DNA of 64,000 nt. It comes from Cyanophora paradoxa CCMP329. Its lineage: Eukaryota > Plantae > Glaucophyta. The stretch covers positions 1-64,000 of the forward strand of contig QPMI01000436.1 of assembly GCA_004431415.1 (NCBI GenBank). Reading direction: 5' to 3'. The translations under genes and the position numbers were made by a program. Positions 24,091-33,059 of the stretch are shown one piece after another. The notes under the pieces were generated by a model. That model saw only the letters and a program-made list of their open reading frames with translations, ran no database searches and had not been told where the DNA came from. Each line of letters starts with the position of its first letter. Position 1 is the stretch's first letter.

Positions 24091-24219
24091 CTAGTGACCC
24101 GGCCGCGATTTTCGCGCCGGGGGTGCAAGCTTAAGGGGGGAACGGCCGCGGGGATCGAGTGAAAGAGTCCTAGTGGCACGCACATGCGCGCGGCAGAACG
24201 ACCCCGGTCCAGTGCGCGC
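24091..24219 (-). mobile_element. Helitron-like 3' terminus (copy 2)
   Basis: The minus strand reads hairpin CCCGGC-GCGA-aaa-TCGC-g-GCCGGG then TCA CTAG followed by T. Homology to the copy at 32988 stops at CTAG-T. Confidence 0.55.
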
Positions 24220-24508
24220 ACCTCTTAACGCGTTCGAATTCTTCATGAAATGCGCACGCTGCGCGGCCTAGGCCTGGCGCAGCGGGTACCTGCGTGCACG
24301 CTGCGTCGTCCGCTGGCCCAGTGGCACCGCTGCCGGCTGTACATGTGTCGGATCATCGACTCGGATGACTCGGATCCTAGTACTAGTACACCAACTCGTC
24401 GCGACTCCTAGTACCTAAAGGTTGACTCAGTGAAACGATGCCGCGGCCGGCGCCGGCGCCGCCGGGCCGCCGGCTCCGGGCCGAGATTAATTATAATTAT
24501 AACTTATT

Positions 24509-24918
24509 TTTGAGGCACGTATGGCCGAGCTCGATCGCGAGTGGTTGAAATCACGGTTTAGAGGTGCGAAGACCCGGATCGATTCCCAAGAGGAAGGTTT
24601 CGAAGACCGGTGCCTCGCCGGGCGGCGACGTCGATCGCGACGCCCCTGCCGTCGACCCCACTAAATATAAAGTGGCAACGTGACCGCCTGCACTGCGATG
24701 GCGCAGCCAGGGGGGGTGTCCCAGGGGTCCATAAGGACACCCCCTTAAGACACCGGACTGGACTACGTCCCTCTGTCGCTGAGATAGAGGGGCAAGTGTC
24801 AGTAGAATAGACGCCGATGGCGTCCCCTCCGGTCCGGAACTTATTTTTATCGGCCTTGGGGAAAGGAGAAGCCCTTAGGTCTGTTCCTATCTTGCAGCAA
24901 ACTTATATATATACTAAG
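24509..24918 (+). mobile_element. Candidate tRNA-derived SINE / structured non-coding retroelement
   Basis: Flanked by the 12-bp direct repeat TTATAACTTATT (24497-24508, 24919-24930). A-box-like TGGCCGAG (24522) and B-box-like GGATCGATTCC (24576-24586); several hairpins; TA-rich tail; its last 36 bp recur exactly at 26722-26757. Confidence 0.4.
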
Positions 24919-26721
24919 TTATAACTTATTACTTATGACGCATGCGGACACCCGTAAAAAAACTCGGCTATCACGGAACGGCCGAGCCAAAAATCTTCGA
25001 TAGCCTGATTGAGGTAACAAAACTTACTACTGAATTGGGCCCTTGGATCCGGAGTCGACGTCTCCGAGGCGCCAGTCAGGGTTCCACACTCGCAGTCCAG
25101 GCTGTCCATGCCACTCCATGGCACTCCATGCCAGCATGCGCAGCCTGCCCCGGCGCCAGCGCTAGATGCAGATCATCATCTGACATCTGATCATGCATGC
25201 AGTGCGCTGCACTGCGGCAGGCTGCAGGTAGCGCTGCGCGCACTGCCGCAGTACTACTAGTAGTGCGCACTGTAGGCTATAGCTAGTACTGCGCACTACG
25301 CATGCACGCGCCACTAGTACTGCCAGGCTGGCCCACTGCCGCACTGCGGCACCAGCGCAGCATGCGCAGCGCTAGCAGTGGCTTACCACTGAATTGTGTC
25401 CTTGGATCCGATCCGGAGTCGACGTCTCCTGGCAGCCCGGCTGCTGGCCCTGGCACTGCGGGCGGCGTCTGCGGCCCGGGCACTGCGGCAGCGGCCGGCG
25501 CCGGCAGCCCGGCGGCAGGCCTCATGCCATGATGCGCGGCGGCAAGCTGCGAGCCTGCCAGGGCTGCGAGGCTGCGACGCCCTGCGGCCCTGCGTCGGCC
25601 GCTGACACTGTGAAACAGCCGGCCCCTGCAGCTGACAGCCTGTGACAGGCTGTGACTCTAGCCTGTGAGGCTGTGACAGGCTGACAGCCTGGCAGTGGCT
25701 GGCACAGCCAGCTGCAGAGTCTGCAGCTGGGCCACTGGGCCAGTGACAGGCACTGTGACGTCAGGACTTCGAGCTGTCGGGCAACTTCTAGAAAAAACAA
25801 ATGCGATAATGTTTTTCCCTTCACTCGACTCGAGCTCGCAGACTTCGGACATGACGTGGCGCCGCCGGCGCCGGTGGCGCCGTGGCGCACCGTGGCGGTC
25901 GACCGTCGACTCGAGTCGACGTCGGTCCGGGACTCCGGGTCGGTTACCGACGACTTACCGTAGTACGCGTACGGCGGTGCCACGGTGTACCCGGTGTCAG
26001 GGCCGGTGACTCGCAGTGACTCGGACCGCGGCGTACGTGGCACCGATCGACTCCCCACCGAGTGCCACCGACTCGGCGACGGGGACAGCGTACAACCGTG
26101 AACGGGCCATGGCCAGTCGACGTCTACCGTAGTACGGCGTATACGCGAACGCTGCAGTACTGTAGTAGTAGTACCGGTAGTGTACTGTAGTACTGCGCCG
26201 CGGCGCCGGCCCGGAGCCGGCGCATGCGCATATGCGCAGCGGCGGCGCAGGCCCGCATTATGCGCAGCGGCAGGCCCGCGGCCGGTGCTGGCGCGGCGGC
26301 GGCGCCGGCAGCCGCACTGCGGCAGCTGCAGGTACAGGACCGTACGCGTGTACTGCGGCAGCGTTTGCGCCTAACTAGTAGGCTGGCGCTAGCCGGCGCC
26401 GCCGATCGATATCGTAATTATAAGCCGCGATCGAACCGTAAATTGGTCCGTCCGTACACGTATCGAACCGAAGTACGTAATATTAATAAGCTTTTTAAGA
26501 CTCTGCGAGCGTCTCTGTGCGCGAGCGCCGCGGCGCCGGCGCCGGCAGCCTTGTGGCCCTTGTCTGTGTACGTAGCTGTACATGTACATGTCCTGTCGCT
26601 CCATTAAAGTACCCAATTGTAACAGTTCCGATCATTTCATTTCATTTCTGCATGTCGACGTCTACGTAGATTTCTAGATCTTTCGCTACGTCATCAGTAA
26701 ATGGGGGGGTGCGGGGGGGCT

Positions 26722-26757
26722 AAGCCCTTAGGTCTGTTCCTATCTTGCAGCAAACTT
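26722..26757 (+). repeat. Exact 36-bp direct repeat of 24869-24904
   Basis: AAGCCCTTAGGTCTGTTCCTATCTTGCAGCAAACTT at both sites. Confidence 0.9.
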
Positions 26758-27003
26758 GTATAATTAAGCTTCAAACTGATATTAAAGACAAAATTTTTGG
26801 ACCCTAGGGAACACTATATATGGCCGGGCAACTTTCCAAATGTGACGCCTCTAACAAGCACTAACAGGGCCTTTTAATTTGCAAGCGCGAATGTCTGTTG
26901 GCTAAAAAAAAACTCTGTTCATGTGATCGCGATTGACGTCGACGATCGATCGACTCCCCTCGACGTCGACGGTCCGACCGACTCCGACGTCGACGATCGC
27001 GAT

Positions 27004-27469
27004 CAGTGATGCTAAACTTTCACTTTCCAAACTTTCAACTTGAAAATTTTCATGTAAATTTTCAGTAAATTTTCACCTCCAAAATGAGCAATGAAAACTT
27101 TCAATAAATTTGCAAGGGGGGTACCCTTGAAGAAGCCATTCTGGGGGCGTTTCACGCCATAAACGAGGGTCAAAACCGTCGAAATACGAGACTATGGAGG
27201 CCTGGACACATTCTGGCGGTCTCTGCTGGTGTCAAGAGACCAGAGTATGCATTTCTCAGGAACCGTACCCCCCTCCATAACGTGAAAAGAACCGTTGAAC
27301 GGCAAAGATACATGTACATCTGCGCATGTGCATGCACCTCGTACACTTGTAATACAAAGGTTGTCGATGACATCCTAACGCATATCGCTCGTGTCTGGAG
27401 GCTTCTCTGCAGAGAAACGTGTCGACGTCACTTTCGCTGTGCACGTGCAAGTAAACTTTGTATGCACTG
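27004..27469. mobile_element. hAT-like MITE (466 bp)
   Basis: Begins CAGTG and ends CACTG with an imperfect ~20-bp TIR. 8-bp TSD ATCGCGAT at 26996-27003 and 27470-27477. Subterminal AAA(C/T)TTTCA motifs. Confidence 0.7.
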
Positions 27470-28517
27470 ATCGCGATCGCGATCAACGTTAACGGATCTA
27501 CCGTAGGGCACTTAAGTACCGCGGGCACTAAACTAACGCGGTACCGGTACCAAATTAACGCGCCAAAAGTTTGTTAAAACGCGGTAATTTGGTGCCGCGG
27601 TAATTTGCTGCTGAGAGGTCGCCCCATACAGTCCACGCCACAAACGTTCTATATAAGCCGATAAACACTTCCTTGACACTTAGAAAGGCTTTACAAGCTT
27701 CGGAAGGCTTAGTTGAGGTGCTTGATATCGATGAGTCTCAGTGAGGCCTTCGAATTCCTATAGCTAGGGCTCCAGGCCGCCGGGCCATCTCCAGCCTTCC
27801 AGGAGGGTCATAAACGACCGTCGGACTCCGGATGACTTCTAGATGCATAAGACATGCTCTTGCGACGTTTATATAATTAGATAGTGCTCGCAGCGCCAAA
27901 TTAAAATTTAAAGACGAGCGCTAGCGGAAAGTGCGTTTCAAGTTTAAACGTAATTAATGTGTATTTAATATAATAAAAGAGAACTATACGCTGCCTATAG
28001 GCTATAGCTAGTAGCTAGGCTTCGTCGTAGCTAGCTATAGGCTTCCTCCAGCATCGATATCGACGTCGCGCGCGATCGGCGCCGGCGCCGGGGCTGCTAC
28101 CGTACGCGTCGGTGCGTTGCCCCGGCCCTTCAGCTCCGCCACGCCTATAAATGCAATAAGGGATGGGGTCGATGTACTTGGCAACACGTCGACCTCTCCT
28201 AAGGCAGCAAGCTTAAGAACCGCTCCGAATTCGAAAGTGATTTGAAGCGTTCCGGCGGCTCTGTACATGTTAAGCTGTTAGAAGGTCGGAGATCAACTTC
28301 GAATTCGCTGAAAAACGTCGCGCCAAAAATAACCACCCACATTAAATAATGTCCATTATTTACGCCGGTTTATAACTAATGTTCTTTATGGACATTAAAT
28401 AATGTCATTAATTAAAAACGTACATTATAATGACAGCACTGCTGACTGGCAGAGCCAGCGCTAGCGGGAAGCGGACCGGCGGGACCCGTCGCTTGGGCCC
28501 CAAGCTTTGGGCATCAA

Positions 28518-28696
28518 GCGACCATCGATTCGCATGCTGAATCATTGTTGATGAAGAACGCGGCTGCTAGCGGCAGCCTGGAGGCTAGCGCTAGCCCACT
28601 GCAGTCTGCAGCTGGGCCAGCAGCCGGCGGGACCCACTGGCGACCATCGATTCGCATGCTGAATCATTGAATCAGTGTTGATGAAGAACGCGGCTG
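28518..28696. repeat. Local tandem duplication (~50-bp core)
   Basis: GCGACCATCGATTCGCATGCTGAATCATTG...TTGATGAAGAACGCGGCTG at ~28518-28566 and ~28639-28696. Confidence 0.8.
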
Positions 28697-29522
28697 ATCA
28701 CATGACAGCCGGCGGTGTCAGCCGCTGCTGTCAGCCTGCTGACTCGTGTGCCGCAGTGCTGAGCCGCAGTGTTGATCCTGGCGAACTTCGGAACAGCCGC
28801 GAACTACCGTAGTACTATCATACTATCACATATAGTATACGTATGACTCGGTATGAGTCTATGAAAAGAAGGTCAAAACATGTACAAGACTAAACGCGTG
28901 CAAACTTTGAACAAGACTCACAGGTATCATTATAAAGCTTATATCTCTCGTTTAGACGCTTATTTGCCAAAGAATACAGTGCTTTTGCGGTGCTTGGAAT
29001 GTTTTCTATGGTGCAAATATTTGCACAATCTTTTCCAAAGCTTGCAGAAAGTTTTCAGGGCAATTTTGGGGGAGTAAACTTTACCCAACACTGGTTAAGG
29101 CCGCCGGGCCCATAACTGGTTGCGCTGGCCCGCCGCTGGGCCACGAGCGACCGTACCGTGTAACACTTAATTAACATGCATATGTACAGCCTGTTAATTA
29201 ACAGGTTGTAACTTTAGTAAATTGTTCTAAGTTCCGGCCCCGGCCGCCGGGCCGCGGCCGCGCCGGCGGGCGGCCGCCGGGCGGGCCGGGGCGGCGGCGG
29301 GCGGCAGAGTCGCCGGCACGGCCCGGCGGGTGACGGGCCGCGGCCGCCGGGCCGCACAGCGGCACTAGCTATAGCCTTAGAAGCCTACTACTGGGTCCTA
29401 GGAGGCCGGCCAGCCGGCGCCATGGGCGGCCATCATCATGGCATCATGCATATGGGGCCATATAATCCCATATTATGGGCCCATCATGATGGCCCATCAT
29501 CATGGCGTCGCCCATGCCACTG

Positions 29523-29752
29523 CCGTGTAAGACTTATATACCGCGCTGACTTAACTACCGCGCTGCCAAATTACCGCGCTGAAAATGTTTAGAACGCAGT
29601 AATTTGGTAGCGCAGTATTACCTTCTTTGCTAACAAATAATACATTTTCGAAGACGATGGAACGCGGTAATTTGGTAGCGCGGTAAAGCGCAAATCGGGC
29701 CCAAATTTTTGGAACGCGCTAATTTGTGACGCGGTATTTAAGTCTTACACGG
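29523..29752. mobile_element. CCGT-terminated MITE (pogo/Tc1-mariner-like), 230 bp
   Basis: 23-bp TIR CCGTGTAAGACTTA(T/A)ATACCGCG with one mismatch; TG dinucleotide on both flanks; repeated CGC(G/A)GTAATTTGG motif. Related solo left ends preceded by TA at 27501 and 29156. Confidence 0.85.
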
Positions 29753-30160
29753 TGGGCCATGATGGGACCATCATATGCATGCATCCGAGTCCGACGCCGT
29801 GACGGTCATGCCATGGCATATATATGGCATGGCCATTGGCCACCTGACTCTGTGACCTGACTCAGTGCACGTGAGCCCGCGCGCGATCATCCGATGATCG
29901 GATCATCGGCCGGCGGATCACGACCCGGATGACCGGATCCCAGAGACTTCATAGTATAGCTCCGCCGGCCCGGCAGGGCGCCAGCTATCATAGTGTAGGC
30001 TGTATAGCCTAGTAGCTATCATAGTATAGCTAGCTCCGGCACGAGGCCGCAGTGCGCCGCACGACTCGGCGTCGTCGTCGGCGAATCCCCCGGCCCGATA
30101 TAGTGTACGTATATCGATCCGTGATCCGGGACTCCGGGATCGATTTCGGTATCGATACCG

Positions 30161-32005
30161 ATGGCGAATTCGAAGCTCGCCGCCGTACGCGTGCTGCTTC
30201 TTGCCGCCGCCATCACGGCGTTTGGCATCTCCGCAGTCAGCGCAGAGGAGTGCGATGCGTCTATCAGCCAACCTACAGGAGTCCGCTTCGGCGACAGCGC
30301 TTGCAACTGCAGCGCTCCCAACGTGACCGTTTCTTGGGCGGAAGGAGACAAAAACGACTGGGGCAGCTCTACGCGCGGGCCTGAAGATCCTTCTGGCACC
30401 CCGCAGTACTGCGTGTTGAACTGCACTAACGGGCAGGCGATGTACCGGACTGTGACGTACACCCCGCTGCGACGGACTTTGCTCGGGGGTCCTGTCACCT
30501 ACCAGCGACCCGCGTGCGCCTGCCAGGCGCCTGCCACGAACGTGAGCGACGTCTGCGTGTTCCCAGCTGCAGCTACGCCGTCGCCTTCGCCGTCGCCGTC
30601 CGCCTCCCCGTCTCCATCGCCCAGCCCCAGCCCATCGCCGAGTCCCGCCGCAATCGCAAGCCCGAGCCCAAGCCCCAGCCCCAGCCCGTCACCCTCCACC
30701 GCCGCCGCTGCGACCCCGACTCCGAGCCCTCCAACGTTAACGAACCCAACCACGCCTCCCACCGCTCCCATTCCTACGGCCACACCGGCGCCGTCGCCGA
30801 CGGCCAAGCCGGCTACGCCCGCGATCCACAAGGTACGCGGAATTGAAATTGTGTATTTTCCATGCTTCTCGAACTGAAGCGGGTCCCATGCGCCTTGCGA
30901 TTGCACACCCGGTGACCCGCAGACGATCAACATCACGAGGCTCACCGTGCAGGGCGTCAGCGCGGGCCTGCCCGGCACCACCCTCGAGTTCGACGCGAGC
31001 AACACCGCCCGCCTCTCGCGCCCCGTCATCCAGACCCCTGCCGTGCGCACGTACCGCGCTGTTTAATTATATAATTTGATGGACGCCAATAGACCCCTGC
31101 AGCCGATATATATATTGATCATATTCTGTGTTCGCGCAGACGGGCGGAGAAGTGAGCCTCTACGGTGAAGGGTTCCCAGTCGGGGAGCCGATCGAGATCC
31201 TGATCGTCTCGTCGTCCGGCGTGAGCTGCCCCGCCCTCAACCCCCGCATCGTCTCTCCGACCGAGATCGCATTCCGTGCGTAAATCAAATGTTGCCCCGC
31301 TAGCGCTCAGGCTCCCGCACAAAAGTATCATTTCTGATCTATATTCCTACGCGCATGCGCAGGCGTCCCCCCGTTCTCGGCGAACTGCAACCGGCAGACG
31401 ACGCGCAGCCTCCTCCAGTTCTCCCAGGGCACTGGCTACAGCCTCCAGATCAAGAGCGTCAACGACGCCTTCCAAGTGAGTCCGCGCAATTAATTATTTA
31501 TATTTATACTCGAACCCTTACGGGGATAGTGTTCGCTTCATGCAGATGTTCACCCTCGCGAACGTGCGCGAAAATTCAATGATTCGCTATTACTGCTGTG
31601 TATAAACGTATATGTATCGATATCTTCCTTTCCGGTCCTGCGCTGGGAGGCAGTCAGAGCGCACATCTCACATCTAGAGTCTCCATGATTAATATTGGTG
31701 CACGTGTCCCTTACGCCAAGTTTTTCTTCGAATTCCAAATTCAGGCCTTCCAGTGGACATCGACCGGTACCGTCAACTCAGTGTGCGTCATTATAATTAC
31801 TCGCATTCATTGCGATATTTATTGCAATTGGTGCAATTGCAATGTGCTCGAGCGTTGACGACATTGCGCATGCATGTCCGGGCCCGGGCGCAGGCCTTTC
31901 GTGCCAAGCCTGGCAGGCGCGCAAGCGCCTTCTGTCTGGGGCGCGCTGGCTTCCGTTGCAATGGCTTGTGCCCTCGTCGCTGTGGCATTCCCGCGCCACC
32001 AGTAA
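30161..32005 (+). CDS. Secreted, probably GPI-anchored Ser-Pro-rich cell-surface glycoprotein; multi-exon
   Basis: Signal peptide MANSKLAAVRVLLLAAAITAFGISAVSA, Cys-rich domain, (SP)n and TP tracts, IPT/TIG-like exon (GGEVSLYGEGFP...IVSPTEIAF), hydrophobic C-terminus SVWGALASVAMACALVAVAFPRHQ*. Confidence 0.8.
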
Positions 32006-32090
32006 ATTCAATGTGCCCGCGGCTCAGCAGCTTCGAATTCGAATTCCATATGCATGGCCAGTGCGCCATATATATGCTTCGGAAGATCCG

Positions 32091-32193
32091 AACTGATTGT
32101 AAACCCGAACTTCGGAAGATCTAGATAAAGTCACTGATCATGATCATTGTAAACTGATTGTAAACCCGAACTTCGGAAGATCTAGATAAAGTC
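32091..32193. repeat. 42-bp direct repeat pair downstream of the GPI-protein stop
   Basis: AACTGATTGTAAACCCGAACTTCGGAAGATCTAGATAAAGTC occurs twice. Confidence 0.85.
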
Positions 32194-32248
32194 TCGTTTT
32201 GGCGCTGGCTTCACGAGGTCCGACGGTCGAGTCTCATGACCACGTGAA

Positions 32249-32988
32249 TCGGATATAATATATATGTAATCCTTTTTTACTTTCGGCCTTTAATTTCGAC
32301 TTTCGCCATTCGACTGTAAATCAAATGTGATGCCGTGATGTAATTGCAAGGGGGGAAGGATTCCCCCTTGCTTCCCGTTCCCTCGCTTCAGCCAAACGAT
32401 TTTCAGCCAAACCAGAAAAAATGAGGCTTATTCGCGATCCGATTGGCTCGGTGGACCGGTCAGCTTTCGACTTTGGAGCGTCAAAGTCGAGCTCGCGAGA
32501 GCGCTAGCTCTCTCGAACTCGCGAAAAGTGGTTTTCGAGGGGAAAATCAACTTCTCTCTCACTCCGGGCTCTCCCTTGCGCGGTTCTGCATGGAACCATG
32601 CACTTCTCCCTAGCTGTCTAATCTAGATTTCCGCTTCCTCGCACTGCGCCGCGTACGCCGCACAGTACCCGTGCCGCCTGGACTACTTTTCACTGCATCA
32701 AGCTTGCACCGCAGCACCGCCTACCGATCGCGAGCACGCGCCGCTGCCCGCAGCAGAGCACGCTGCCCCGCACTCGCATGCCTAGCTGCGCCGCTGATCG
32801 CAGCCGAGCACGCCCGGCCGTCCAGACCGTGCTCTCTTGCTGCGCTCAGCACGCCGCCGAAATCGAGCTTATACCGCAGAACCGCGTGCGCCGCTGCCTG
32901 CAGCCGAGCACTGGGCCGGGGTCGTTCTGCCGCGCGCATGTGCGTGCCACTAGGACGTCGACCGTCGGAATCGCGGCCGGGCCACTAG
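32249..32988 (+). mobile_element. Composite non-autonomous element ending in a Helitron-like CTAG terminus
   Basis: Contains the 32466-32638 repeat and the 32908-32988 repeat ending GCCGGGCCACTAG-T. The 5' TC start at ~32249 before an AT-rich run is a guess. Confidence 0.4.
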
Positions 32989-33059
32989 TGTAATATATCA
33001 TGATCATGATCAATCACGTGAAGCAGCTGCGGCGCCGCCGGGCTGGCTATAAAAAGCTG

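Noticed and set aside
24588-24605. GAGGAAGGTTTCG resembles the RNase P/MRP CR-I motif
   Set aside because: No complementary CR-V/P4 strand could be found downstream.
24949-24962. CACCCGTAAAAAAA resembles a CACTA/CMC terminus
   Set aside because: No matching inverted end or 3-bp TSD found in the window.
28535-28700. GATGAAGAACGC and TGAATCAT resemble conserved 5.8S rRNA motifs
   Set aside because: The motifs are in the wrong order, the match is only ~12 nt, and there is no surrounding rDNA.
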